DNA of 58,969 nucleotides, counting the filler. It is 6 parts of 6 records of this genome, joined end to end, with 100 filler letters (N's around TTAATTAATTAA, not from the genome) between each part and the next. Parts side by side here need not be neighbours in the genome. Positions count along the whole stretch, not along the records: positions 15,104 to 21,589 come from SRR31156797_32453; positions 21,690 to 30,269 come from SRR31156797_32461; 4 more parts are not named here. One strand, 5' to 3'. A program made the position numbers and the translations under genes. Under the pieces are notes generated by a model that saw only the letters and a program-made list of their open reading frames with translations, searched no databases and was not told where the DNA came from. Below, one piece after another: positions 20,553 through 30,369 of this stretch (the first letter of the stretch is position 1; each line of letters begins with the position of its first letter).

Positions 20553-20711
20553 TTAACAATGGACATTCTTGGCTCTTCAGGCTAAATGCTCAGCATTATG
20601 CAAAGACTTTAATCATATATAGACCTTTCGGCTCTTGCGTTGCCCTGTCCAACTAGGCAGTGGAGCAACATTTTCGAATAATATTCTACCTAAGGATATT
20701 AAGGTTTTGTT

Positions 20712-21548
20712 ATGTTTAAAGAACTTTTATATTTAAATTCACGTCCCCTCCCTTTTGAATTCTATACTGCATCTGATCTTTGGACCGATGAACACATCGC
20801 CAAACAAATGCTCAAGTATCACTTGAACCCTGATGTAGATGCCGCTTCCCGCACACTCGCATTTATTGCTGAATCCTCTGAATGGATCATTAATCATTTC
20901 GGATTGGCTGAAGATAAGAAGGTCGCTGACTTCGGATGCGGTCCCGGTCTATATACCACTGCTTTTGCTAAAGCCGGAGCAGATGTAACCGGAATCGATT
21001 TTTCCACTAATTCCATTGCGTATGCACATGAACAGGCTGAAATCAAAGGTCTGGATGTTGACTATATTAACACCAATTATCTGGATTTCAGCACGGACAA
21101 ACGCTTTGATCTAATCACCATGATCATGTGCGATTTCTGCGCTCTCAGCCCTGAGCAGCGTACGATTATGCTTCAGAAATTTCACTCCCTCCTTAAACCG
21201 GGCGGTTCAGTTATGCTGGATATATTTTCACTGAATGCATTCAGTAAGCTTTCTGAAAAACGTATATTTGAACCCAACCTGATGGACGGTTTCTGGTCTG
21301 AAACTAAATATTACGGTTTTCTGAACACGTTTAAATATGAACAGGAAAAAGTGATGCTGGACAAATACGTTATTATTGAACCAGGCAACACCCGTATAAT
21401 TTACAATTGGCTGCAACACTTTAGTCCTGAAGATTTGGAAGCGGAATTCGAGCATTGTGGATTCAATCGTTTGGAATTGCTCGGCGATGTAGCCGGATCT
21501 AAGTACCAAAACGAAAGCAATGAATTTGCAGTCATTGCTCGTAAGTAA
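20712..21548 (+). CDS. Class I SAM-dependent methyltransferase
   Basis: VADFGCGPGLY, GIDFS, FDLI, LKPGG. Confidence 0.92.
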   Translation: MFKELLYLNSRPLPFEFYTASDLWTDEHIAKQMLKYHLNPDVDAASRTLAFIAESSEWIINHFGLAEDKKVADFGCGPGLYTTAFAKAGADVTGIDFSTNSIAYAHEQAEIKGLDVDYINTNYLDFSTDKRFDLITMIMCDFCALSPEQRTIMLQKFHSLLKPGGSVMLDIFSLNAFSKLSEKRIFEPNLMDGFWSETKYYGFLNTFKYEQEKVMLDKYVIIEPGNTRIIYNWLQHFSPEDLEAEFEHCGFNRLELLGDVAGSKYQNESNEFAVIARK

Positions 21549-21567
21549 TTGAATATATTAAAGTGGT

Positions 21568-21589
21568 CCGTTTTTTTTAAAAAAAACGG
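21568..21589. repeat. Perfect 22-bp palindrome at contig end (probable terminator)
   Basis: CCG-T8-A8-CGG, about 20 nt after the methyltransferase stop codon. Confidence 0.75.
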
Positions 21590-21689
21590 NNNNNNNNNNN
21601 NNNNNNNNNNNNNNNNNNNNNNNNNNNNNNNNNTTAATTAATTAANNNNNNNNNNNNNNNNNNNNNNNNNNNNNNNNNNNNNNNNNNNN
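21590..21689. other. Artificial contig spacer
   Basis: 44 N + TTAATTAATTAA + 44 N. Confidence 0.99.
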
Positions 21690-21717
21690 AGGGTTAGTCT
21701 CATATGAGACTAACCCT
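21690..21717 (-). terminator. Perfect 28-bp palindrome, probable terminator of the dxs operon
   Basis: AGGGTTAGTCTCATATGAGACTAACCCT equals its own reverse complement and lies 30 nt past the dxs stop. Any U-tail is cut off by the contig end. Confidence 0.75.
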
Positions 21718-21747
21718 TTACTTTTCGCTTAAATCAAAACTGAATAT

Positions 21748-23667
21748 TTATTTCAGCCCAAGCATCTCTACCATGGCTTCTTTCATACCCTGTGTATCAA
21801 TACCTAGTTCATTACGCAGCTCAAGCTGGGTTCCGTGCTCGATGAACTCATCAGGGATACCGAGACGCTTAATCTCGTGTCCGTCAATGGCATTGTTGTC
21901 TACCAAAAGTTCAATTACTGCAGAGCTGAATCCGCCAGCCTTGGCATTCTCTTCCACAATGAGAATCTTCTTGAAACGGGAAGCGAGCTCCAGAATTTGG
22001 TTTTCAGGCAACGGCTTGATAAACCGGGCGTTGAAGACCGCAACAGCTTTGCCGTGTTCCTCATCAATCTCTTCCACAGCTTCAACTGCAGGCCAGACTC
22101 TGGAACCGACAGTAATGACCACTCCGTCAAAACCGTCACGCAGCAGCTCACCTTCACCGATCTCAAGAGTGCTGGGAGTATCTTCAAGGATCGCTCCGAT
22201 ACCAACACCGCGCGGATAACGCACCGCAGCAGGACCGTCAAAATCAATGGCTGTTCTGACCATGCGTGAAAGCTCGGCCTCATCCTTGGGAGCCATGAAA
22301 ATCAAATTCGGAATATGACGCATGTAAGACATATCGAATACGCCGTGATGGGTCGCACCATCGGCTCCGACCAGTCCACCGCGGTCAAGGAAGAAATTCA
22401 CGTTCAAATTCTGCAGACAGACATCATGCACCACCTGATCATAAGATCTCTGCATAAAAGTAGAGTAAATTGCCACCGCAGGCTTATAGCCCAAGGTCGC
22501 CAGCCCTGCGGCAAAGGTCACCGCATGTTGCTCACAGATACCCACGTCTACAAAACGGTCCGGGAACTGCTCACGGAAAGTATCAGTTCCGGTTCCTTCA
22601 GGCATTGCAGCGGTGATGGCAACAATCTTGTCATCTTTGTCCGCCAGCTTACAGAGGGTTTTCCCAAAAACTTCAGTGTAGGAGGGCAGTCCGCCCTTAA
22701 ACTTTTTAGCACGGCCGGTTTCAGGCTCGAAGCTACCCACACCATGAAAATAGGTGGGGTTATCTTCAGCCGGGGTATAGCCCTTACCCTTCTTGGTCAG
22801 CACATGGACCAGCACAGGACCGTCCATTTTCTTGACCTGCTCAAGGACATCGACCAGTTCATCCAGATTATGCCCGTCAATAGGTCCGAGATAAGTAAAA
22901 TCTAGGGACTCAAAGAGCATTCCCGGAGTGAAGAAACTTTTAAAGGAATCTTCACCGCGCTTGGCGTACATAGCCAGATCATCACCGATTTTGGGGATCT
23001 GTTTCAAAATGGACTCAAAATCCTTCTTGAAACGATTCATTACCGGATGAGAAAGTTTACGACTCAGAAATGCGGAAAGAGCGCCCACGTTAGTGGAGAT
23101 GGACATCTCATTATCATTAAGGATGACCACCATCTTACGCTTCATGCCCCCGGCCTGATTAAGCCCTTCGAAAGCCTGACCTGCGGTCATGGAACCGTCA
23201 CCGATAACTGCAACACAATTGCGGTTATCACCGTCAAGATCACTGGCAACAGCCATACCGAGCGCAGCGGAAATGGATGTGCTGGAATGACCTACGCCGA
23301 AATGGTCATAGTGGTTTTCCGCCATACGCGGGAAACCGCTGATGCCGTCCTTCTGGCGCAGGGTATGAAAATCATTGTAACGTCCGGTCAAAATTTTATG
23401 AGCATAAGCCTGATGACCTACGTCCCAGACCAGACGGTCATGCTCAAGATCGAAACACTTGAACAGAGCCAAAGTAAGTTCAATTACACCGAGAGAAGGA
23501 GCAAGGTGCCCACCGCCCACGGAAACGGTATTTATTATACACTGACGCAGTTCTTCAGCCAGCTGAGTCAATTGCTCATCACTTAGCTCCTGAACCTGTG
23601 CAGGATTATTTATTGTCTGCAGAAGCTCATATTTGCCGCATCCACAGGAAGAATCATTTTTACTCAT
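21748..23667 (-). CDS. dxs: 1-deoxy-D-xylulose-5-phosphate synthase
   Basis: GGHLAPSLG, WDVGHQAY, GHSSTS, IGDGSMTAG..NDN, GICEQH, DGATHHG. Start reassigned to MSKND (ATG 23667, GAGG RBS). Confidence 0.96.
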   Translation of the reverse strand: MSKNDSSCGCGKYELLQTINNPAQVQELSDEQLTQLAEELRQCIINTVSVGGGHLAPSLGVIELTLALFKCFDLEHDRLVWDVGHQAYAHKILTGRYNDFHTLRQKDGISGFPRMAENHYDHFGVGHSSTSISAALGMAVASDLDGDNRNCVAVIGDGSMTAGQAFEGLNQAGGMKRKMVVILNDNEMSISTNVGALSAFLSRKLSHPVMNRFKKDFESILKQIPKIGDDLAMYAKRGEDSFKSFFTPGMLFESLDFTYLGPIDGHNLDELVDVLEQVKKMDGPVLVHVLTKKGKGYTPAEDNPTYFHGVGSFEPETGRAKKFKGGLPSYTEVFGKTLCKLADKDDKIVAITAAMPEGTGTDTFREQFPDRFVDVGICEQHAVTFAAGLATLGYKPAVAIYSTFMQRSYDQVVHDVCLQNLNVNFFLDRGGLVGADGATHHGVFDMSYMRHIPNLIFMAPKDEAELSRMVRTAIDFDGPAAVRYPRGVGIGAILEDTPSTLEIGEGELLRDGFDGVVITVGSRVWPAVEAVEEIDEEHGKAVAVFNARFIKPLPENQILELASRFKKILIVEENAKAGGFSSAVIELLVDNNAIDGHEIKRLGIPDEFIEHGTQLELRNELGIDTQGMKEAMVEMLGLK

Positions 23668-23827
23668 ATGCCAATGAACCTCACCACTGGTTTCAATATC
23701 TGTAAACTCAAGCAGTATAACAGCAAACTCCCCAACTCCCTCTGGAATCCACTGCTTGGCGCACACTACTTAACGCTGTTAACTTCGTAACGTATAAAAA
23801 ATCTATTTTGTGCCGAAATTATTTTTC

Positions 23828-24718
23828 CTAGTAAACCCGATCCACTATATAGCGGGCCAGTTCTGCGAGGAACTCGGCTTCTTCGCCTGAATAAGGCGAA
23901 AGCAATTCAACAGCCTCGTCAACATATTTGCGGGCCAATTCCTTGCTTTCTTCAAGTCCGATCAGACTGGGGTAAGTGGACTTACCCTGCTCGATGTCGC
24001 TGCCCACGGGCTTGCCGAGGGTGGCTTCATCACCGATCACATCCAGAACATCATCAACGATCTGGAATGCCACGCCGATGAGCCTTCCGTATTCTTCCGC
24101 ACGTCTGACATCATCTTCAGATGCATCTGCTCCTTTAGCCAGAATTGCTCCTGATTTACAAGCAGAAAGAATAAGAGCTCCTGTTTTCATGGAGTGCATG
24201 ACTTTGAGTTCCTCAAGGGTCACGCCTTCACGTCCGGTGTAGCTCATATCCACAACCTGACCGCCGACCATGCCCGGGCAGCCTGCGGATTTAGCCATTA
24301 ATGCAATGGCTTCAACCACGTGCTGTGCAGGAGCATCAGCTTTAGCCATGAAGCCGAAAGCTTCGGTAAGCAATCCGTCGCCAGCGAGAATCGCAGTGGC
24401 TTCGTCAAACTGCTTGTGGTTTGAAGGCTTGCCGCGACGCAAATCGTCATCATCCATGGCCGGGAGATCATCATGGATCAGCGAATAAGTATGAATCATC
24501 TCAAGGCTGGCAGCAAAGGGCATAACCGCCTCTTTCCTAGCACCGAGCATTTTAGCCCAGACCAGAAGCAACACCGGACGCAAACGTTTACCTCCGGCCA
24601 GCAGGCTGTATTCCATGGATTCGAGAAGATTCTCAGGAATACCCATATCTTTGAGACATTCACCCAGATATTTTTCAACGTCCGCAGCATGCACTGCGAG
24701 TTTTTCTTTAACTGTCAT
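23828..24718 (-). CDS. ispA: Farnesyl diphosphate synthase (polyprenyl synthetase)
   Basis: GGKRLRP, HDDLPAMDDDDLRRG, KTGAL, FQIVDDVLD. Start taken at MTVKE. Confidence 0.94.
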   Translation of the reverse strand: MTVKEKLAVHAADVEKYLGECLKDMGIPENLLESMEYSLLAGGKRLRPVLLLVWAKMLGARKEAVMPFAASLEMIHTYSLIHDDLPAMDDDDLRRGKPSNHKQFDEATAILAGDGLLTEAFGFMAKADAPAQHVVEAIALMAKSAGCPGMVGGQVVDMSYTGREGVTLEELKVMHSMKTGALILSACKSGAILAKGADASEDDVRRAEEYGRLIGVAFQIVDDVLDVIGDEATLGKPVGSDIEQGKSTYPSLIGLEESKELARKYVDEAVELLSPYSGEEAEFLAELARYIVDRVY

Positions 24719-24944
24719 CCGCTGTATCCTCTTCTGTATCAACGTCAAAGTCTTCAACTTCGCCGCCAGTGACTATTTTAACTTCGTTACGTGCCTTTTC
24801 CAGCTGTGTGGCGCATTCCTTGGAAAGAATTTGGCCTTCTTTAAAAAGGGCCACTCCTTCCTCTAGAGGCAGGTCGCCTTTTTCAAGGGCGGACACTATC
24901 GCCTTCAAGCGGTCCAAGCGATCTTCAAATGTTTTATTTTTCAT
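24708..24944 (-). CDS. xseB: Exodeoxyribonuclease VII small subunit
   Basis: TFEDRLDRLKAIVSALEKGDLPLEEGVALFKEG; canonical xseB-ispA-dxs order. Confidence 0.94.
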   Translation of the reverse strand: MKNKTFEDRLDRLKAIVSALEKGDLPLEEGVALFKEGQILSKECATQLEKARNEVKIVTGGEVEDFDVDTEEDTADDS

Positions 24945-24953
24945 AAATAAAAA

Positions 24954-25853
24954 CTATTTTATGCCGAGCAATTGGTCGGTTGTTTTATGTAAAACGTAAT
25001 TAGGATCTACCAGTTTACCCTGCACAGATACACTCATGTGCAGGTGCGGTCCGGTTACCCTTCCGGTGGAACCGATGCCGCCGATAAGCTGACCACGTTC
25101 CACCAATTCGCCTTCCTTAACATCTATCCTTGAAAGATGGAAATACATAGTGACCACTCCGCTGCCATGATCAATATAAACGGAGTTTCCGGCGTAGTAA
25201 TGTTTGCCTATCAGCACCACCTTACCATCGGCCATGGCCTTGATGGCAGTACCTTTAGAACCACGAAAATCAAGACCGCGGTGAGGGTTCTTGGGCTTTC
25301 CATTCAAAATACGCTGAGCGCCGTACGGACTGGACTGCGAACCTTTGGTAGGACGGTTGAAAGGAACGTACCATTTACGCTCATTACTCATTACTGCCTT
25401 GGCTGCGGCAACTTCCTTACGATCTTGTGCGATCTTGTCGAAGACTTCCTGCGGCGGGGTTACCATTTTCTTAGGCAAAGTAAGCCGCTGGATGCGATAT
25501 TTCTTCTTATTAATTTTGACTGTACGTCCGAAAGTACGTTCCTTACCTTCAGATACGGTCTTGATGACCAGCTTATCCCGACCTATTTTATCAGAAAGTA
25601 CATCTGTGCCGAACATTGCCAGAGCAACGGATCGCCCTTTCCAAGTGCGAATTTCAGGCTTTACGTTTTTGCCTTTCCATTTGATGGACACAGAGTCCAG
25701 CGGCTTGTCTGATGTAACCCGGACCAGAAATGGCTCCCCAAGACCGACCCTTTTAGGGTAGGCCAGAAAGACTGAGGCTAAAGCAGTGGATGCGCAAAGC
25801 AGGAGCAGAAACAGAGTCAAAAGAGCAATTCGAATTTGTTTATATCCGTTCAT
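24954..25853 (-). CDS. M23-family metallopeptidase
   Basis: Signal peptide, HRGLD (HxxxD), IDHG, YFHL, GSTGRVTGPHLH (HxH). Confidence 0.92.
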   Translation of the reverse strand: MNGYKQIRIALLTLFLLLLCASTALASVFLAYPKRVGLGEPFLVRVTSDKPLDSVSIKWKGKNVKPEIRTWKGRSVALAMFGTDVLSDKIGRDKLVIKTVSEGKERTFGRTVKINKKKYRIQRLTLPKKMVTPPQEVFDKIAQDRKEVAAAKAVMSNERKWYVPFNRPTKGSQSSPYGAQRILNGKPKNPHRGLDFRGSKGTAIKAMADGKVVLIGKHYYAGNSVYIDHGSGVVTMYFHLSRIDVKEGELVERGQLIGGIGSTGRVTGPHLHMSVSVQGKLVDPNYVLHKTTDQLLGIK

Positions 25854-25872
25854 TTTCAATAATCTCCACAAA

Positions 25873-27261
25873 TTATTCAGATGTAACTCTTGCCCGGACT
25901 TCACCGGACTTCACCCGTACCCGAATAGCGTCACCATCCGTAACTTCATCCGGGTTGCGCAGAAATGTTCCGCTCTTTTCCACGGTCACGAGGGAATAGC
26001 CCCGTTCCAACGGACTTTCCGGGTCCAGCATGCGCAGTGAGGTGGCTGCGTTATCATATTCAGCAAGTTTATCTTTCAAAAAAATATCTACAGCGCGGCC
26101 AAGTCTGCTTTCAAGTCCGGCAAGATCATATTCCATACGCTCAATCCGCTCTCCGCCGAAGGCAAAAGACAGGCGGTGAGATAGAGCTTCGACTGTGTCA
26201 GACTTTGCATTCACAAAGTTATCGGCAGCACGGCTTAGGCGTTCGCCTTCCTCTGCAAATGAGGTCAGTAACCGTTCAATACGTTGTGCGGGAGATAGCC
26301 AACTCAAGCCCTTTTGCAGAGTTTCAAGACGGGATTCACGCACATTCAAAAAATTTTCAAAACTGCGGGCAAGAGAACTGTCCAACTCATCAACAGTCTG
26401 CATCAAAATCTCACGCCGGGGCCAAAGTTCCTGCGCCGCATGGCTGGGAGTCGCCACCCGTTTATCAGCCACATAGTCAGCAATGGAAACATCAACCTCA
26501 TGCCCCACTCCGCAGACCACCGGGACAGTAGCGCGGAAAAGCGCATCCGCAACCTGCTCGGTATTAAAGGCCCAGAGATCTTCCAGAGAACCGCCGCCAC
26601 GAATAAGCACCACCACTTCGGCCCATCCGTCATCGTAAACAGCATCAAGGGCCTGCGCGATCTGGCCCGGTGCAAGGTCGCCCTGCACAAGGGTGGGGTA
26701 AATCCTAATCTCAGCACCAGTTCCGCGAGTTTCGGCGATCTTCAAAAAATCACGGATAGCCGCACCAGTAGGTGCAGTAACCACCGCTACCCTTTTGGGT
26801 GAAGGAGGTATTTCCATCTTGCGATCTTCATCAAAATATCCTTTCTCGGCCAGCTTGCGCTTCATGGCTTCGAAAGCAAGCTTGAGATCACCAACACCCT
26901 GCTCCTGCACCAGCTCGGCTACAAGCTGGTAAACACCGCGCGGTGGGTAGACATTCATGTGTCCGGCACAGAGAATTTCCATGCCGTCTTCAAGCTCCAA
27001 TGGACCACCGGATTCAATCTCCCCGGTGAGTGGATTAACAGATTCATCGCCGTCGCCGCCCCCTCCGCCAGCAGACCGCTGGTTGCCTTTGAACCAGACC
27101 ACGGAGAGACCCGCGTCACCGTCAGTGAGCGTAAAATAAATATGCCCGGACACAGGCCGGGCCAAATTCGTAACCTGACCCCGCACCCAAATAAACGGAA
27201 ATTCCGTTTCCAGAACATCCTTAACAGCACGGGTAATGTCAGTTACAGAAAATATCTTCAT
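25873..27261 (-). CDS. xseA: Exodeoxyribonuclease VII large subunit
   Basis: SGHIYFTL, TAPTGAAIRDF, LVQG, RGGGSLEDLWAFN, GVGHEVD, TPSHAA, LERGYS. Confidence 0.96.
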   Translation of the reverse strand: MKIFSVTDITRAVKDVLETEFPFIWVRGQVTNLARPVSGHIYFTLTDGDAGLSVVWFKGNQRSAGGGGGDGDESVNPLTGEIESGGPLELEDGMEILCAGHMNVYPPRGVYQLVAELVQEQGVGDLKLAFEAMKRKLAEKGYFDEDRKMEIPPSPKRVAVVTAPTGAAIRDFLKIAETRGTGAEIRIYPTLVQGDLAPGQIAQALDAVYDDGWAEVVVLIRGGGSLEDLWAFNTEQVADALFRATVPVVCGVGHEVDVSIADYVADKRVATPSHAAQELWPRREILMQTVDELDSSLARSFENFLNVRESRLETLQKGLSWLSPAQRIERLLTSFAEEGERLSRAADNFVNAKSDTVEALSHRLSFAFGGERIERMEYDLAGLESRLGRAVDIFLKDKLAEYDNAATSLRMLDPESPLERGYSLVTVEKSGTFLRNPDEVTDGDAIRVRVKSGEVRARVTSE

Positions 27262-27269
27262 ATTTTAAT

Positions 27270-27304
27270 ATGAGGTTGGTACTGTTACACAGCACCAACC
27301 TCAT
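27270..27304 (-). terminator. Long stem-loop between proS and xseA
   Basis: ATGAGGTTGGTaCTGT-tac-ACAGcACCAACCTCAT, a 16-bp stem with one G-U pair on the minus strand. No clean U-tract. Confidence 0.55.
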
Positions 27305-27308
27305 TTAA

Positions 27309-29054
27309 TTATTTAACTTCAAGACCCCAGGAAGCCCAGATCTCAGAGCGCCATGCTTTGAAGGCTTCAGTAAAACCTTCAAGGGGCAGTTCAATTTTTT
27401 CACCGGTCTTACGGTTCTTGGCTTCAACGATACCGTTCTTGAGTCCCTTACCACCGATAACCAGCTGCATGGGGTAACCGATCAGGTCTGCGTCAGCGAA
27501 TTTTACACCCGGACGTTCCTTGCGGTCATCATAGGCTGCATCAATGCCCATTTCCATAAGTTCATTGTAAAGTTCTTCTGCTTTTTCATTAACAGCAGCG
27601 TCCTTACCGCCAAGGGAGATCACGCAAAGTTCGAAAGGCGCGATAGTCGGCGGGAAGATAGCACCGTTTTCATCGTTGTTCTGCTCGATAGCGGAAGCAA
27701 CTATACGGGATACGCCGATACCGTAGCACCCCATAACCATAGGCTGACTCTTGCCGTTTTCGTCAAGAAAAACAGCTTCCATGGATTTGGAATATTTAGA
27801 ACCGAGTTTAAAGACATGACCAACTTCAATACCTTTGGTGAACTCGATAACTGCGCCGCACTCGGGGCAAGGATCAGCTTCGGTGATCACACGCAGGTCA
27901 GCGAACTGCTCGATCTTGCAGTCACGACCGAGAGAAAGGTGCTTGATGTGGGTGTCGCCCTTGTTGGCACCAGCAATCCAATCGGTTGCGGCCAGCAGCT
28001 CATGGTCAGCGAAAATCCGCTCAACCTTGATGCCCACAGGTCCGGCAAATCCAACCGGTGCTCCGGTCCATTCCTTGACCTGTTCCTCAGTTGCCATCTC
28101 GATTTCATTTCCGCCAACGAGGTTGCGCAGCTTAACGTCATTGAGCTCACGGTCACCACGAACCAGAGCAGCAATAGGCTCACCGTCAACAGTGAAAAGC
28201 AGGGTCTTAACCAGCTTATCCTGACCTACGCCGAGGAATTCGCAAACTTCTTCAACGGTATGCTTACCGGGAGTGGCAACTTCTTCAATTACGGCGCATT
28301 CAGCATTGAGCATGGATTCGCCAGCAGGAGCAGCAACTTTTGCTTTTTCAAGGTTGGCAGCGTAACCGCATTTTTCGTCCTTGCAGACCGCGATAGTATC
28401 TTCACCGGTATCAGCAAGAACGTGAAATTCGTGTGAAAAATCACCGCCAATGGCACCGGAATCTGCCTGTACCGGGCGGAAGTTCAGCCCGATGCGGGAG
28501 AAAGCTTTTTTGTAAGCCTCGAACATATTAGCGTATGATTCTTCTGCACCAGCCTCATCTTTATCGAAGGAGTAAGCATCCTTCATGATGAATTCACGAC
28601 CGCGCATCAGGCCGAAGCGGGGGCGGATTTCATCACGGAATTTGTTCTGAATCTGGTAGAGATTCAACGGCAGCTGCTTATAGGATTTTACTTCACCGCG
28701 CACGAGGTCGGTGATGACTTCTTCGTGGGTGGGTCCGAGGCAGTAATCACGGCCGTGACGGTCTTTCACGCGCAGCAGTTCCTTGCCGTAATAGTCCCAA
28801 CGTCCGGTCTCCTGCCAGAGGTCACCGGGCTGAACCATGGGCATGAGCACTTCCAAAGCGCCCGCACGGTTCATTTCTTCGCGCACGATGCCCGCAACCT
28901 TGTTCACAGACTTAAGGCCCAGCGGCAGGTAGTTGTAGATACCACTGGTCAGCTTACGGATCATACCCGCACGCATAAGCAGTTTATGGGAAACCACTTC
29001 CGCTTCAGAAGGGTCTTCTTTCAATGTAGGAATATAGTAACGGCTTAAACGCAT
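27309..29054 (-). CDS. proS: Proline--tRNA ligase (with insertion editing domain)
   Basis: [63 protein letters not shown]. Confidence 0.97.
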   Translation of the reverse strand: MRLSRYYIPTLKEDPSEAEVVSHKLLMRAGMIRKLTSGIYNYLPLGLKSVNKVAGIVREEMNRAGALEVLMPMVQPGDLWQETGRWDYYGKELLRVKDRHGRDYCLGPTHEEVITDLVRGEVKSYKQLPLNLYQIQNKFRDEIRPRFGLMRGREFIMKDAYSFDKDEAGAEESYANMFEAYKKAFSRIGLNFRPVQADSGAIGGDFSHEFHVLADTGEDTIAVCKDEKCGYAANLEKAKVAAPAGESMLNAECAVIEEVATPGKHTVEEVCEFLGVGQDKLVKTLLFTVDGEPIAALVRGDRELNDVKLRNLVGGNEIEMATEEQVKEWTGAPVGFAGPVGIKVERIFADHELLAATDWIAGANKGDTHIKHLSLGRDCKIEQFADLRVITEADPCPECGAVIEFTKGIEVGHVFKLGSKYSKSMEAVFLDENGKSQPMVMGCYGIGVSRIVASAIEQNNDENGAIFPPTIAPFELCVISLGGKDAAVNEKAEELYNELMEMGIDAAYDDRKERPGVKFADADLIGYPMQLVIGGKGLKNGIVEAKNRKTGEKIELPLEGFTEAFKAWRSEIWASWGLEVK

Positions 29055-30131
29055 TTATTGTCCTCTCTTTTCTTTCAGGAATAATTCTATTTCTTTCATA
29101 AATTCAGGCAGCAAATTTTCATCGCCCTTGACCTTACGGACGACTTCGCCCTTGCGGAAAATGATACCCAGTCCACGGCCACCGGCAATGCCGATATCGG
29201 CCTCGCGAGCCTCTCCGGGACCGTTTACCACGCAACCCATGACCGCAACGGTAAAGACATCTTCAACACCGCGCAGATTGTCTTCCACCTTCTGGGCCAG
29301 ACCGATAAGATCAATCTCAGTACGTCCGCAGGTGGGGCAGGAAACAATCTCAGGTCCACGTTCACGGAGTCCCAGCGAGCGCAGGATTTCCCAGGCAACG
29401 CCAACCTCGGCCACCGGATCATGGGTAAGGGAAACACGCATGGTATCGCCAAGGCCTTCCCAGAACAGGATTCCCAGTCCCACGGAAGATTTGACTGCGC
29501 CGCGCACCAGTGTTCCGGCTTCAGTAATACCCACATGCTGCGGATAATCCACCTTTTCGGCCAGCAGTTTATAGGCAGCGATGGTATTCAACACGGATGA
29601 AGATTTCAGGGAAATCTTAGTGTTGTAGAAATTTCTCTTTTCCAGCAAAGCCACGTGCTCCAGCGCACTTTCGACCATTGCTTCCGGAGTCGGACCGCCG
29701 TACTTGGCAAGCAGTGCCTTATCCAGCGAACCACCGTTAACGCCGATACGGATGGGAATATTGCGCTCCTTGGCTGCGGCAACCACGGAATCAACTTTAT
29801 CCTCGCCTCCAATGTTACCGGGGTTGATGCGCAAGGCATCAATTCCGGCGTCAATGGCGGCAAGAGCCAGACGGTAGTCAAAGTGAATGTCAGCCACCAG
29901 CGGCACCGGAGAACCTTTGCGGATCAGCGGCAGGGCCTTGGCAGCTTCTTCGTCCGGTACGGCAACACGCACAATTTCGCACCCAGCTTCAGCCAGAGCG
30001 TCGATCTGCGCCCGGGTGGAAAGGGCGTCACGGGTGTCGGTATTGCACATGGACTGGACCCTGATCGGGTTATCTCCACCAATGCCGACATCCCCGATGA
30101 ACAGCTCACGGGTCTTTTTTCTATTAATCAT
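29055..30131 (-). CDS. ispG: (E)-4-hydroxy-3-methylbut-2-enyl-diphosphate synthase
   Basis: VQSM, VADIHFDY, RINPGNIG, IRIGVN.GSL, CPTCGR, MGCVVNGPGEA. Confidence 0.97.
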   Translation of the reverse strand: MINRKKTRELFIGDVGIGGDNPIRVQSMCNTDTRDALSTRAQIDALAEAGCEIVRVAVPDEEAAKALPLIRKGSPVPLVADIHFDYRLALAAIDAGIDALRINPGNIGGEDKVDSVVAAAKERNIPIRIGVNGGSLDKALLAKYGGPTPEAMVESALEHVALLEKRNFYNTKISLKSSSVLNTIAAYKLLAEKVDYPQHVGITEAGTLVRGAVKSSVGLGILFWEGLGDTMRVSLTHDPVAEVGVAWEILRSLGLRERGPEIVSCPTCGRTEIDLIGLAQKVEDNLRGVEDVFTVAVMGCVVNGPGEAREADIGIAGGRGLGIIFRKGEVVRKVKGDENLLPEFMKEIELFLKEKRGQ

Positions 30132-30228
30132 TTTTCACCTGATTTATTCAGTTTGGCAGCTAATATAAAAATAACGTGCGCGGTAGCATAATACATATTG
30201 CCATGGGAGCCAAGGATTGCCTTAGCAG

Positions 30229-30269
30229 GCCTCCGGCGGCCAGAGGGGAAAAACTTTTGCAAAAGTTTT
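30229..30269. repeat. Truncated palindromic intergenic element (REP-like)
   Basis: GCCTCCGGCGGCCAGAGGGG followed by the perfect palindrome AAAACTTTTGCAAAAGTTTT, ending at the contig end. Confidence 0.5.
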
Positions 30270-30369
30270 NNNNNNNNNNNNNNNNNNNNNNNNNNNNNNN
30301 NNNNNNNNNNNNNTTAATTAATTAANNNNNNNNNNNNNNNNNNNNNNNNNNNNNNNNNNNNNNNNNNNN
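30270..30369. other. Artificial contig spacer
   Basis: 44 N + TTAATTAATTAA + 44 N. Confidence 0.99.

Noticed and set aside
23668..23766. N-terminal extension of Dxs in the ORF track
   Set aside because: It comes from an upstream alternative start codon. The RBS and homology favour ATG 23667.
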